Source: Eubacteriales bacterium (GTDB lineage Bacteria > Bacillota > Clostridia > Oscillospirales > CAG-272). Taken from it: a stretch of 64,000 nucleotides of DNA. The stretch lies in contig JBGVQK010000054.1 of NCBI GenBank assembly GCA_045127455.1, positions 3,059 through 67,058 of the forward strand, written 5' to 3'. Positions 42,820 to 53,269 of this stretch are shown here, one piece after another (positions within the stretch are counted from its first letter, which is position 1; every line of letters begins with the position of its first letter). The notes under the pieces were generated by a model. The model was not told the origin of the DNA, did not search any database, and worked only from the letters and a program-made list of their open reading frames with translations. The translations under genes and the position numbers were made by a program.

Positions 42820-43766
42820 TAAACCGGTTCCTCGGTTGCGGCGTGTGACTCCTTGATCTTTTGCAGATCGAAGGGCGTTGTCTGATAAACGAAGTAGTTG
42901 AGCCAATTGCAATACAAGAGGTTTGCCGAAGAGCGCCACGTGGAAACGGGAGCCTTGGAAGGATCGTTATCGGGATAATAATTTTTGGGAATTTCGATAG
43001 GCTTGCCCGCGTTGACGTCTCTCCAATATTCGCGACCGAGAGTTTCGGCATCGTATTCGGGGTGTCCTGTAATGAAGATCTGTCTTCCCTTCTTCGTTGA
43101 GAGCGCAAAGACACCTGCCTCGGGAGAGGAAGCCAAAATTTTCAGCCCGGGGATGCCCTCAAGATCCGCGCGGTCAATGGTGGTATGACGGGAATGCGGC
43201 ACCATAAAGACGTCGTCAAAGCCGCGGAAAAGCATGGAACGCTTATAGTCGGCAACGTGCGGAAATACACCGAACATTTTTTTATCAAGTGCCTTCTTTT
43301 GCACGCCAAAGTGATAATAAAGCCCCGCTTGCGCGCCCCAACAGATGTGGAAGGTGCTGTGCACGTGCGTGGTGCTCCATTCCATAATCTCGCAAAGCTC
43401 GTTCCAATACTCTACTTCTTCAAATTCGAGCATTTCAACGGGAGCACCCGTGATGACAAGACCGTCAAAATAGCGATCCTTGACCTTATCAAAGGTGGTG
43501 TAGAACGCTAAAAGATGGTCCTCGGATGTATTTTTTGACTTGTGAGAGCTTGTATGCATCAGCGTCAGCTCGACCTGCAAGGGGGTGTTGCCCAAAAGGC
43601 GGGAAAGCTGCGTTTCCGTATCAATTTTGGTGGGCATCAAATTCAGCATCAAGATCTGCAAGGGGCGGATATCCTGCGCAACGGCGCGCGCATCGGTCAT
43701 TACAAAGATATTCTCCTCAGCGAGCGTTTTTGTTGCAGGTAATTGGTTGGGAATTTTGATGGGCAT
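42819..43766 (-). CDS. metA: Homoserine O-acetyltransferase (MetA family)
   Basis: NLMPTK, ITGAPVE (Glu at the acetyl/succinyl-determining position), ICWGAQ, HSRHT, GHPEY. Confidence 0.95.
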   Translation of the reverse strand: MPIKIPNQLPATKTLAEENIFVMTDARAVAQDIRPLQILMLNLMPTKIDTETQLSRLLGNTPLQVELTLMHTSSHKSKNTSEDHLLAFYTTFDKVKDRYFDGLVITGAPVEMLEFEEVEYWNELCEIMEWSTTHVHSTFHICWGAQAGLYYHFGVQKKALDKKMFGVFPHVADYKRSMLFRGFDDVFMVPHSRHTTIDRADLEGIPGLKILASSPEAGVFALSTKKGRQIFITGHPEYDAETLGREYWRDVNAGKPIEIPKNYYPDNDPSKAPVSTWRSSANLLYCNWLNYFVYQTTPFDLQKIKESHAATEEPV

Positions 43767-43801
43767 TCTGTCCTACTCCTTCGTTTGTTTGTTCAAAAAA
43801 A

Positions 43802-45085
43802 TCAAATGGATTCGAGTGCTTGCTTAAGGTCGGCAATAAGATCTTCGGCATTCTCAAGTCCGCAAGAATAACGAACGAGATCGCCCGATACGCCTGCGGC
43901 GATCAGCTCTTCGTCGCTCATTTGTCTGTGTGTAGCACTTGCGGGATGCAGACAGCAGGTGCGCGCGTCCGCTACGTGGGTTTCGATTGCGGCAACCTTA
44001 AGATGCTTCATAAACTTCTCTGCCGCACTTCTGCCACCCTTGACGCCGAAGCTGACAACGCCGCAGGTGCCCTTGGGCATATACTTCTTTGCAAGGTCGT
44101 AGTATTTGTCGCCCTCAAGATCGGCATAGGTTACCCAGGTTACGTTGGGATGGTTTTTGAGGAAGGTTGCAACCGCGAGAGCGTTTGCACAGTGACGCTC
44201 CATACGAACGTGCAGACTTTCCAAGCCCAAATTGAGCAAAAATGCACTTTGCGGTGCGGGAGTGGAGCCGAAGTCACGCATCAATTGTGCAGTGGCTTTG
44301 GTGATAAATGCCCCACCCTGACCGAATTTTTCGGCATAAACGATGCCGTGATAGCTATCGTCGGGGGTGCAGAGTCCGGGGAATTTTTCTTTATGCGCCA
44401 TCCAATCAAAATTACCGGAATCAACGATGCAACCACCAACCGCCGCACCGTGACCGTCCATATACTTGGTTGTGGAGTGCGTGACGATGTCAGCGCCCCA
44501 CTCAAAGGGACGGCAATTAATGGGGGTGGCAAAGGTGTTATCGATGATAAGCGGAACACCGTGCGCGTGTGCGGCTTTTGCAAATTTTTCGATATCAAGA
44601 ACGGTAAGCGCAGGGTTTGCAATGGTCTCACCAAACACTGCCTTTGTGTTGGGACGGAATGCCGCCGCCAGCTCCTCCTCGGTGCAATCGGGAGAAACAA
44701 AGGTGAAGTCAATACCCATTTTCTTCATTGTAACCGAGAAAAGGTTAAAGGTGCCACCATAAATGGTGGAAGCCGATACAACGTGGTCTCCGCAGGTAGC
44801 AATATTAAATACGGCATAAAAGTTTGCCGCCTGACCCGACGAGGTCAGCATTGCGGCACTTCCCCCTTCGAGCTCACAGATCTTTGCTGCAACGGTATCG
44901 CAGGTGGGGTTTTGCAGACGGGAGTAAAAATATCCCGAAGCTTCAAGGTCAAATAGCTTTGCCATATCCTCGCTTGTGTCATAATGGAAGGTCGTGCTTT
45001 GCACGATCGGAATTTGGCGAGGCTCGCCGTTGCCGGGAGTATAACCGCCCTGCACACATTTGGTTTCGATTTTATAGTTGCTCAT
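43802..45085 (-). CDS. metY: O-acetylhomoserine aminocarboxypropyltransferase
   Basis: YSRLQNPT, SSGQAA, HSTTKYMDGHG, HVADARTCCLHPASATH. Confidence 0.93.
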   Translation of the reverse strand: MSNYKIETKCVQGGYTPGNGEPRQIPIVQSTTFHYDTSEDMAKLFDLEASGYFYSRLQNPTCDTVAAKICELEGGSAAMLTSSGQAANFYAVFNIATCGDHVVSASTIYGGTFNLFSVTMKKMGIDFTFVSPDCTEEELAAAFRPNTKAVFGETIANPALTVLDIEKFAKAAHAHGVPLIIDNTFATPINCRPFEWGADIVTHSTTKYMDGHGAAVGGCIVDSGNFDWMAHKEKFPGLCTPDDSYHGIVYAEKFGQGGAFITKATAQLMRDFGSTPAPQSAFLLNLGLESLHVRMERHCANALAVATFLKNHPNVTWVTYADLEGDKYYDLAKKYMPKGTCGVVSFGVKGGRSAAEKFMKHLKVAAIETHVADARTCCLHPASATHRQMSDEELIAAGVSGDLVRYSCGLENAEDLIADLKQALESI

Positions 45086-45112
45086 AATATCTTCTCCTCA
45101 CTAAAGGATTTT

Positions 45113-46144
45113 TTAAAGTACTTCTGCAAGATCGTAGATAAGACGCTCGGTCTTTTCCCAACCAAGGCAGGGGTCGGTAATAGATTTACCGTAGATCTCA
45201 TCGGGGCCGATCTTTTGTGCGCCATCCTCAATGTAGCTCTCGATCATCAGCCCCTTAACGATCCTTTTAACGTCTGCCGAGTGGCGGCAAGCGTGCAGGA
45301 CCTCTTTGGCGATACGCACCTGCTCGAGGCATTGCTTGCCCGAGTTGGCGTGGTTGGTATCGACGATAACGGCGGGGTTGACAAGACCGCTCTTGGCATA
45401 CATATCTGCCAAGGTGATCAGGTTTTCATAGTGATAGTTGGGTGCGCTCTGCCCCTTGGTGTCAACGTATCCGCGCAGGATAGCGTGTGCATGGGGGTTG
45501 CCTGCACTCTTGACCTCCCAACCGCGGTAAAGGAACATATGCGAGCTTTGCGCTGCCTTGACCGAGTTCATCATAACGTTCAGATCTCCGCAGGTGGGGT
45601 TCTTCATACCAACGGGAATATCAAGTCCGCTGGCGGTCAGGCGGTGCTGCTGATCCTCTACCGAGCGTGCACCAACTGCTACGTAGGTAAGCAGGTCGGA
45701 GAGGTAGCGATGATTTTCGGGATACAGCATTTCATCGGCACAACCAAAGCCTGTTTCGGCAAGGGCGCGCAGATGCAAGCGACGGATAGCAATGATGCCC
45801 TTGAGCAAGTCGGGATCGGCATTGGGGTCGGGTTGGTGCAACATTCCCTTATACCCTTCTCCCGTGGTGCGGGGCTTGTTGGTGTAGATGCGAGGCACGA
45901 TCATAATTTTATCGGCAACCTTATCCTGAACGGTGCGCAAGCGCGAGATATAGTCGATAACGGCATCCTCGCGGTCGGCCGAGCAAGGACCGATAACAAG
46001 CACAAATTTATCGCTCTTTCCTTCAAATATTCTTTTCAGCTCCTCAACGGCTGCATCTCTTGTAGCTTTCAGCGCCGGTGTAACGGGGTATTCTTCCTTG
46101 ATCTCCTTTGGAATGGGGAGCTTGCGGTAAAATTCCATATTCAT
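45113..46144 (-). CDS. aroF: DAHP synthase, class I-alpha
   Basis: IGPCSA, KPRTTGEGYKG, GARSVEDQ, GMKNPT, DTNHANSGK, YGKSITDPC. Confidence 0.95.
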   Translation of the reverse strand: MNMEFYRKLPIPKEIKEEYPVTPALKATRDAAVEELKRIFEGKSDKFVLVIGPCSADREDAVIDYISRLRTVQDKVADKIMIVPRIYTNKPRTTGEGYKGMLHQPDPNADPDLLKGIIAIRRLHLRALAETGFGCADEMLYPENHRYLSDLLTYVAVGARSVEDQQHRLTASGLDIPVGMKNPTCGDLNVMMNSVKAAQSSHMFLYRGWEVKSAGNPHAHAILRGYVDTKGQSAPNYHYENLITLADMYAKSGLVNPAVIVDTNHANSGKQCLEQVRIAKEVLHACRHSADVKRIVKGLMIESYIEDGAQKIGPDEIYGKSITDPCLGWEKTERLIYDLAEVL

Positions 46145-46192
46145 AGCGGTGGGTTCCTTTCGGGTATAGAAAAACGTTGTTAAAAATTTATA

Positions 46193-47065
46193 TTATTGGT
46201 TTGCCTTCGGCTTATCAAAAAGCATTCGGCGAGCGGTGGCACGGCGCATCACGTCGCGCATCCCCTCTCCGTCCTCTTCTCGCAGCATTGTGCGGAAGCG
46301 GTCGAACTCATCGGCAAAGGCATCCATTTGGGATAGGAGTGCCTCGCGGTTTAAGAGAAAGAGCTCCGACCACATCACGTCGTTGATCTTTGCGATGCGC
46401 GTCAGGTCACGGAAGGAGTCGCCTGTGTATTTTTCCATCATGGGAGAGTCGTTTGCGGTCATCAACGTAACGGCAATGCAGTGCGTCAGCTGCGAGAGAA
46501 ACGCGATCATGCGGTCGTGCTCCTCGGGCGACAGCTCGGTTATGCGCGCAAAGCCAAGCACCTCGCCCAAAGCGCGGCAAGCCTCGATCGCCTCGGGGGT
46601 GTTGCGCTCGGTGGGGGTAATGATATAGTTTGCGCCGATAAATACGCGGTCGTCACTATACTCTACGCCGCTGCTCTCACGTCCTGCCATAGGGTGTGCG
46701 GCAATAAATTCGACGTCGGGGCGCAGAATGCTTTGTACCTCATCAACAATGCGGCTCTTAACGCCCGTTACGTCGGTGATGAGTGTTCCTGCGCGAAACA
46801 AGTGTTGGTATTCCTTGATCCATTCAATAAAAATATGCGGATAAAGCGCAAAAACAACAAGATCTGCCCATTCGACAGTCTCTTTTGTGACCTCGGTACT
46901 CCCCTGCTCGATCATACCGAGTGAGAGTGCGTAGTCGACGTCTTTTTGCTCTTTTGTGATACAACGGACAGAGTATCCGTTACGACTCAGGGCGCGGGCA
47001 TAGCTGCCACCGATAACGCCCAAGCCTACGATGAGAATTTTGGTGTCTTTTGTAAGGGGGGGCAT
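46193..47065 (-). CDS. tyrA: Prephenate dehydrogenase
   Basis: GLGVIGGS, DVTGVK, HPMAGRE, HDRMIAFLSQLTH, FRDLTRIA. Confidence 0.93.
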   Translation of the reverse strand: MPPLTKDTKILIVGLGVIGGSYARALSRNGYSVRCITKEQKDVDYALSLGMIEQGSTEVTKETVEWADLVVFALYPHIFIEWIKEYQHLFRAGTLITDVTGVKSRIVDEVQSILRPDVEFIAAHPMAGRESSGVEYSDDRVFIGANYIITPTERNTPEAIEACRALGEVLGFARITELSPEEHDRMIAFLSQLTHCIAVTLMTANDSPMMEKYTGDSFRDLTRIAKINDVMWSELFLLNREALLSQMDAFADEFDRFRTMLREEDGEGMRDVMRRATARRMLFDKPKANQ

Positions 47066-47080
47066 GGGGGAATTTCCTTT

Positions 47081-48292
47081 TTATTGGGTAATTTTTTCTA
47101 TTTTGATGCCGAGCGAGGAGATGCGCTCGAAAAAGTCGGGAAAGCTTTTGGCGACTGCCTCAGCACCCTCGATCACGCCACCCGTCAGGGTTGCAAGAAC
47201 GGTAAGCGACATTACGATGCGATGGTCGTTGTGCCCAAGGAGCGTTTCGGTTGGCGCGTGGAAGGCGGTGGGGGTGATGATAACTTCATTTTCGTGCACC
47301 TCGACCGTCGTGCCGAATTTGCGCAGCTCCTGTGCCATCACCTCGGCGCGGTTGCTCTCCTTGATGGCAAGGCGGCGCGTATCGGTAAAGCGTCCTCCCT
47401 CTCCTTTTGCCGCAAGCGCGAACAGAATGGGGGCGAGGTCGGGGCAATCCGCCAAAGATATGGTAGCAAACCCGTCTGCAAGGCTTGCAAAGTGTTCTAC
47501 ATAAACGCGGTCTCCCTGCAAGGATGCAGAATTGAGACCTGTGACCGTTACTTCTCCCCCAAGCAAATTGAATGCAGAGAGAAATGCGGCGTTTGAATAA
47601 TCACCCTCAACAGTGATGTTTTGTGCGATCATCGGCTTGCCACCGCGAACACACAGGGTAAGATCGTCAAGCCATTCAACGTCTGCGCCAAAAGCAACAA
47701 GCGCTTGCAGGGTGAGCAGCACGTAAGAACGGCTCTCAAAGGGTGGGAGAATATGCAAAATGCTTTTTCCTGCAATTTGTGTTAGTGCAAACAGCATTCC
47801 ACTGATAAATTGGCTGCTAACATCGCCCGGAAGGGTGTATTCGCCTGCCAAGAGAGGCCCTTTTACGGTAATGCCCTGCTCGGTTTGCTCAAAGAAAAGG
47901 TCGTGCTCCGCGCAAAGATTTTGATAGACCTTCATTGGGCGGTGCAAAAGGGATGGCGCGCCAACGAGCGTGGCTTCTTTGCCCGAAAGCAAGCACAACG
48001 GCAGCATAAAGCGCATCGTGCTACCGCTCTCACGGCAAGGCAAGGTCATATTTTGAGTTTGGGTAAAATCAATGCCCTGAATAGTGACTGTGTCATTTTC
48101 AATTTTGCATTCCGCACCAAGCGCGCGCAAGCAATCAAGCGTTGCGCTGACGTCCTCACAGTCGGAAACACCGCAAATGCGGCTCACACCCGAGGAGAGC
48201 GCGGCACAGATGAGTGCGCGGTGCGCCATGCTTTTGGAAGGCGGCGCGCTCACGCTCCCGCGTGCAAGTGACGGATAGATACGGACGTTCAT
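47081..48292 (-). CDS. aroA: EPSP synthase
   Basis: PPSKSMAHR, CRESGSTMRF, VSSQFISG, DCPDL, NDHRI; start MNVRIY. Confidence 0.95.
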   Translation of the reverse strand: MNVRIYPSLARGSVSAPPSKSMAHRALICAALSSGVSRICGVSDCEDVSATLDCLRALGAECKIENDTVTIQGIDFTQTQNMTLPCRESGSTMRFMLPLCLLSGKEATLVGAPSLLHRPMKVYQNLCAEHDLFFEQTEQGITVKGPLLAGEYTLPGDVSSQFISGMLFALTQIAGKSILHILPPFESRSYVLLTLQALVAFGADVEWLDDLTLCVRGGKPMIAQNITVEGDYSNAAFLSAFNLLGGEVTVTGLNSASLQGDRVYVEHFASLADGFATISLADCPDLAPILFALAAKGEGGRFTDTRRLAIKESNRAEVMAQELRKFGTTVEVHENEVIITPTAFHAPTETLLGHNDHRIVMSLTVLATLTGGVIEGAEAVAKSFPDFFERISSLGIKIEKITQ

Positions 48293-48738
48293 TTTGCCTC
48301 TCCTTTTGCAAGAAGCTCGCAAAGAAAGTCCATTGCCAAAAGGTATCCTTGTGTGCCCTGCCCTGTGATGGTCTTTTGGCAAGCGGCACGAATGTAGCTG
48401 ATCTGGCGGAAATCTTCCCTTTGTTCAACCTTGGAGATATGCACCTCAACGGTGGGAATGCCTACGGATTTTACGGCATCCAGCAGTGCAATGCTTGTGT
48501 GCGTATAGGCACCGGGATTGATAACGATGCCGTCTGCCTTTTGATAATACGCTTCTTGAATTTTATCAACGAGGTCGCCCTCGTGATTGGATTGATAGCA
48601 TTCGACTTCAACGCCAATTTCGGCAGCGTGGGCGCGGATCATTTCAAGGAGCCCCTCGTAGGTGGTGTTGCCATAGTGCTGCGGCTCACGGATGCCCAAA
48701 AAATTGAGGTTGGGACCGTTCAGAATATACAGTTTCAT
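48289..48738 (-). CDS. aroQ: Type II 3-dehydroquinate dehydratase
   Basis: LNGPNLNFLGIREP, QSNHEG, INPGAYTHTS, EVHIS. Confidence 0.97.
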   Translation of the reverse strand: MKLYILNGPNLNFLGIREPQHYGNTTYEGLLEMIRAHAAEIGVEVECYQSNHEGDLVDKIQEAYYQKADGIVINPGAYTHTSIALLDAVKSVGIPTVEVHISKVEQREDFRQISYIRAACQKTITGQGTQGYLLAMDFLCELLAKGEAK

Positions 48739-49979
48739 AGGCTCAAAAACTCCTTTCTGATGCGTTCTGCTACGTCTTCAATGCTTCCGTCACCGTCAAT
48801 ACGGCAATCGGCTGTGGCACAGTAGCGCTCATAGCGCTCCTCGTATCGCCGGCGGATCGCCTCGCGTGAGGAAGCCAAGGGGCGGTCTGCGGTAGGAAGC
48901 AGCGCCGCGAGTGGGCGGTCGATAAAATAAATCTTTCCGTTGCGGTGCAAGAGGTCAATATTCTCGTCCTTCAAGATCGCGCCACCGCCCGTGGCGAGAA
49001 CGATATTCTTTTTATTCGATAAGACATCGCGCAAAACGCGCGTTTCGAGATCGCGGAAAAAGGCTTCTCCCTCGGTTGCAAAAATTTCGGGAATGGAGCG
49101 TCCCTCTGTGCGAATGATCTCCTCGTCAAGATCGAAAAAGTCTCTTTTGAGTTCTTCTGCCAAGCGCTTACCAACGGTGCTCTTGCCCGAGGCAGGCATG
49201 CCCGAAAGAACGATATTTTCGGTTTGGTTCATCAACTCTTTATAAATGCGATCGGCGGTATTTGCCTCATACGTGCAATCGAGAAAAAGCTCGGATGCGC
49301 GCACCGCTTGGGCAACGAGCATATAAAGTCCGCCCTCGGCAGGTACGCCGTGCTTTTGTGCATCTATGATCAATTGCGTTCGAAGTGGGTTGTAAATGAC
49401 GTCAATAACGCCCGAAAGATTTGAAAATTGAGAAATATCAACAGGCATTGCCTCGGTGTTGGGATACATTCCTACGGGGGTGGCATTGATGATGACGTCA
49501 ACGTCGGTGTGCTCTTCCATCAGGTCGGCATAGGTAATGACACCCTCGCCAGCCGTGCGGCTAACGGTCAGGATCTCTCGCGCTTCCAAAAACTTTGCAA
49601 CTGCGTGAGCGGTTTTAGAGGTTCCGCCCGTGCCGAGAATGGCAACCTTTTTGTGCTTGAGTGTAATACCTGCGTGCGCTATGAGCGACTGCAAGCCGTA
49701 AAAATCGGTGTTGTATCCCCACAGCTCTCCCCCACGGTTGACAACGGTGTTGACCGCGCCAATGGCTTTTGCCTGCTCGCTAACCTGCGAGAGATACGGG
49801 ATAACCGTGGACTTATAAGGAATGGTCACGTTGATAGCGGAAAAATCCTTTGCCGCAAAAAATGCGTCGATCTCATCTCGGTCAAGCTCTACGAGTGCAT
49901 AGGGGTGGCTTTTAAGCTTTTGGTGTATTTCTGCCGAAAAGCTATGCCCTAATTTTTCGCCAATGAGACCGTATTGCAT
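48735..49979 (-). CDS. aroE: Fused shikimate dehydrogenase and shikimate kinase (AroE-AroK)
   Basis: LGHSFS, NVTIPYK, GAVNT, NTDFYG, GTGG; then GMPASGKSTVG, ATGGG and RPL in the kinase half. Confidence 0.93.
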   Translation of the reverse strand: MQYGLIGEKLGHSFSAEIHQKLKSHPYALVELDRDEIDAFFAAKDFSAINVTIPYKSTVIPYLSQVSEQAKAIGAVNTVVNRGGELWGYNTDFYGLQSLIAHAGITLKHKKVAILGTGGTSKTAHAVAKFLEAREILTVSRTAGEGVITYADLMEEHTDVDVIINATPVGMYPNTEAMPVDISQFSNLSGVIDVIYNPLRTQLIIDAQKHGVPAEGGLYMLVAQAVRASELFLDCTYEANTADRIYKELMNQTENIVLSGMPASGKSTVGKRLAEELKRDFFDLDEEIIRTEGRSIPEIFATEGEAFFRDLETRVLRDVLSNKKNIVLATGGGAILKDENIDLLHRNGKIYFIDRPLAALLPTADRPLASSREAIRRRYEERYERYCATADCRIDGDGSIEDVAERIRKEFLSL

Positions 49980-50015
49980 ATTTGTGACCTCCCTTCTCTT
50001 TATTTCAAATTCAGT

Positions 50016-51098
50016 TTATTTCGGAAAATCGGTTCCAAAACGGAGTGCAAGCAGATCGCACAAAACAAGTGCCACTACGCTATCCACAACAACGCGTGCG
50101 CGGTGGATGATGGCAGGGTCGTGTCTGCCTTGCAGGGTAAGCGTCGTATTTTGTCCGCTTGCAAGGTCTACGCTCTCTTGCTCTTGGAAGATGGACGGTG
50201 TGGGCTTGACTGCACAACGGAAGATAAGGGGCATTCCGTTTGTAATGCCGCCGTTAATGCCGCCGTTGTGGTTGGTTGTGGTAATCACGCGTCCGTTCTC
50301 TATGCGCAAAGCATCGTTTGCTTCGCTTCCGCGCAGGTCTGCCATACCAAAGCCCTCTCCAAACTCCACGCCCTTGATGGCAGGAATGGAGAAAAGTGCG
50401 TGCGAAAGTACGCCCTCGACCGTGTCAAACCAAGGCTCGCCAATGCCTGCGGGGAGCCCTATTACGGCAGTTTCCAAAATGCCGCCAACGCTATCCCCTT
50501 CGCTTGCGGCATCCTCGATGCAGGCACGCATCAGGTCCGCTTTTTGAAAATCGAGAACGGGGAAAGAAAGATCGGCAAGGGTCTCGATATCGAATTCATA
50601 AGAGTTAAAGGAGCGGTCGCAAATATCGGAAATGCGCGAAATGTGCGTGCCGACTAAAATTCCATTCTGCCGCAAGGCGGAAATGGCAATGGCGCCTGCC
50701 GCTACGAGTGCGGCGGTTATGCGACCCGAAAAGTGTCCGCCACCGCGTGGGTCTTGGTAGCCGTGATATTTGCATTCTGCCGCATAATCGGCGTGCCCCG
50801 GGCGCGGGATGTTTCTGTTGTAGTCCTTGCTTCTCGTATTCGTATTGGGAATAAGAATGCAAAGCGGTGTGCCTGTGGTCTTCCCTTCAAAAACACCGCT
50901 GATGATTTTGAATTCGTCGGCTTCAACGCGCGCGGTTGAAATTTTGCCTTGCGGGCGACGCAAGGAAAGCTGATGGCGGATAAAGGCTTCATCAACGGTG
51001 AGCCCGGGTTCCATTCCGTCAAGCACCGCGCCAATGTATTCGCCATGGCTCTCGCCAAAGAGAGTAATAGCTACGCTTTGCCCAAAGGTGTTCTTCAT
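50016..51098 (-). CDS. aroC: Chorismate synthase
   Basis: FGESHG, RPGHAD, FSGRITA, GGINGGITNG, KPTPSI, GRHDP. Confidence 0.97.
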   Translation of the reverse strand: MKNTFGQSVAITLFGESHGEYIGAVLDGMEPGLTVDEAFIRHQLSLRRPQGKISTARVEADEFKIISGVFEGKTTGTPLCILIPNTNTRSKDYNRNIPRPGHADYAAECKYHGYQDPRGGGHFSGRITAALVAAGAIAISALRQNGILVGTHISRISDICDRSFNSYEFDIETLADLSFPVLDFQKADLMRACIEDAASEGDSVGGILETAVIGLPAGIGEPWFDTVEGVLSHALFSIPAIKGVEFGEGFGMADLRGSEANDALRIENGRVITTTNHNGGINGGITNGMPLIFRCAVKPTPSIFQEQESVDLASGQNTTLTLQGRHDPAIIHRARVVVDSVVALVLCDLLALRFGTDFPK

Positions 51099-51102
51099 TG
51101 CC

Positions 51103-52113
51103 TTATCCTCCTATCTGCTCGCGAATGTAATTCTGCCAATCCGCAAGCGGCATTTTTTGGATGCGGTAAGAGCCGATCTTGTCAACGAATACCACGTTGA
51201 CCAAGGTGCCCTCGCATTTTTTATCGTGCGTGGTAAAGTGCAAAATAGTTTCAAGGTCTCCATCTGTTTTTGTCGGGAGCCCGATGGATTGCAGAACGCC
51301 AACGAGGCGCGCACGCACGTCAGGCGCGCACATAGGAAGCATTCCAAGGGCGACACATTCGCCGTGGTAAAGCCTTCCTTCACTTGCCGCCTCAATACCG
51401 TGTCCAAGCGTGTGACCGAAATTGAGGATGCGACGCAGTCCCCTTTCCTTTTCGTCCTCCTCGACAACGGCTTTTTTGATGCGGAGTGAGCGCTCAATGA
51501 CGGTTTCGATCTTTTCAAATACTTCGCCGCGCTCGAAAATTTCAAAGAGCTCGGCGTCGCTTGTCAATGCCATTTTGATTGCTTCGGCAAGTCCGTTTGC
51601 AATTTGTCTTTGCGGAAGTGTGGAGAGCACGTCGGGGTCAATAATAACCGCTTTGGGCTGATAAAAGGCGCCCACAATGTTCTTTACCCCTCCAAAATTA
51701 ACAGCTACCTTGCCGCCGATGGAAGAATCGACTTGGGAGAGAACGGTGGTAGGAATATTGTAAAAATCAATGCCGCGCATAAAGGTGGATGCGGCAAAGC
51801 CCGAAAGATCTCCCACAACGCCGCCGCCAACGGCTACTACACAGTCGCTGCGTCCAAAGTCTTTCTTTAGCATGATGTCAAGCAAAGCTTCAAGAGTGGA
51901 AAGACTCTTGCTTCCCTCTCCCTCGGCTACTGTAACAACATGTGCCTCGCGACATTGTGTTGCTATTCGGTGCGCATATTCGGCAGGAACACCGCTATCG
52001 GTAACGATCAGCACACGTCTATCAAGAGAAAGCAACGCACTCGCACGGTCAAACGCCCCGCGTTCGATATAAATGGGGTATCCACCCGTTGGTAAATTCA
52101 GTTGGAGCGTCAT
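51103..52113 (-). CDS. aroB: 3-dehydroquinate synthase
   Basis: GGGVVGDLSGF, PTTVLSQVDSSIGGK, LNFGHTLGH, HGECV. Confidence 0.97.
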   Translation of the reverse strand: MTLQLNLPTGGYPIYIERGAFDRASALLSLDRRVLIVTDSGVPAEYAHRIATQCREAHVVTVAEGEGSKSLSTLEALLDIMLKKDFGRSDCVVAVGGGVVGDLSGFAASTFMRGIDFYNIPTTVLSQVDSSIGGKVAVNFGGVKNIVGAFYQPKAVIIDPDVLSTLPQRQIANGLAEAIKMALTSDAELFEIFERGEVFEKIETVIERSLRIKKAVVEEDEKERGLRRILNFGHTLGHGIEAASEGRLYHGECVALGMLPMCAPDVRARLVGVLQSIGLPTKTDGDLETILHFTTHDKKCEGTLVNVVFVDKIGSYRIQKMPLADWQNYIREQIGG

Positions 52114-52144
52114 TGTCCTCTCTCCTTTCGCATTTGTTTATTGT

Positions 52145-53263
52145 TTAGGAATTGCTTTTATCGATGAAATATGTGCCTGCAAGCTTGAGACGGTCACAGA
52201 AAAGTCCGAGTTCTCGCATCATCCACTCGCCGGCTTCGGTGTAAACGTCGCCCTCTGCCTCAACGTAGAAGTAGTATTGCCACAAGAGGTCTTTCATAGG
52301 GCGTGAGCGCAGAGTGCGCATATTAAAGCCGTAACGGCCAATGATATCCACCGCTTTTGCAAGTGCGCCTGCTTCGTGCTTAACAGTAAAGAGCAGGATA
52401 AAATGCTCGCCCATACGCTTGGAATGTCGGCGGCTCTCTACGCGAGAAAAGGCTGCAAAACGTGTGGTATTGCTACGACTTGCATTGATATTGCGCGCCA
52501 GAACCTCAAGACCGAAGACCTCGGCAGCCTCTTCGCTTGCGATGGCGGCAACGGATTTGTCTTTTTTGTCGGCAACGTACTGCGCGGCAAGTGCAGTGTT
52601 GGAATACTCGGCAGTGCTCCACCCATTGTTGTGGATATACTCGGCGCATTGCGCGAGCGCCTGCGGATGGCTGACCACCTCACGAATATCCTCAATATGT
52701 GTATCCGGAGAAACCAAAAGGTCGTGTGAGACGGCAAGGTCCATCATTTCGCTCACGTAAAGCGAGCCCGAAAAAAGCAGGTCTGTGACCTGTCCTACCT
52801 CGCCATTGTAGCTATTCTCAACAGGCAGAACTGCGGCATCACATTCTCCGTTCTCGACGGCGCGATAAGCAGCGGTGAAATCACCGTATGCCACGCGTAC
52901 CGAGCCCGGGAACATTTTGCCCGCGGCTATGTGAGCAAAGGCTCCCTCTGTTCCGCAGTAAGCAACGCGCATACCTTCCATCAATCGACTTTGATACGCG
53001 CGGGAGACCGCCATATTGTTGCGAATGAAATTGACGTAATACTCGCGCAACGTCTCATCCTCTACAAGCTTTGCATTGCATTGGATCACCTGCTCCTCGC
53101 GAGCGGCATCGAGAATAGGAAGCGCGTGTTCCTTTTTATAAGTGGCAACCTGCTCGGCAGCGCGCATACGGCGCACGAAGAGCTCAGCCATTTGGGCATC
53201 GACCTCGTTGATTTCGCGGCGCGCCTGCTCCAACAAATTTTCTTTTTGGTTTTGATCAGACAT
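52145..53263 (-). CDS. pheA: Chorismate mutase / prephenate dehydratase
   Basis: AroQ-type N-domain; GTEGAFA, PVENS, SHPQAL, NTTRF, ACT domain SRP. Confidence 0.95.
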   Translation of the reverse strand: MSDQNQKENLLEQARREINEVDAQMAELFVRRMRAAEQVATYKKEHALPILDAAREEQVIQCNAKLVEDETLREYYVNFIRNNMAVSRAYQSRLMEGMRVAYCGTEGAFAHIAAGKMFPGSVRVAYGDFTAAYRAVENGECDAAVLPVENSYNGEVGQVTDLLFSGSLYVSEMMDLAVSHDLLVSPDTHIEDIREVVSHPQALAQCAEYIHNNGWSTAEYSNTALAAQYVADKKDKSVAAIASEEAAEVFGLEVLARNINASRSNTTRFAAFSRVESRRHSKRMGEHFILLFTVKHEAGALAKAVDIIGRYGFNMRTLRSRPMKDLLWQYYFYVEAEGDVYTEAGEWMMRELGLFCDRLKLAGTYFIDKSNS

Positions 53264-53269
53264 TTTCTT

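Noticed and set aside
48735-49979. AroE-AroK fusion as a novelty
   Set aside because: A fusion already familiar from Clostridia; both halves look ordinary.
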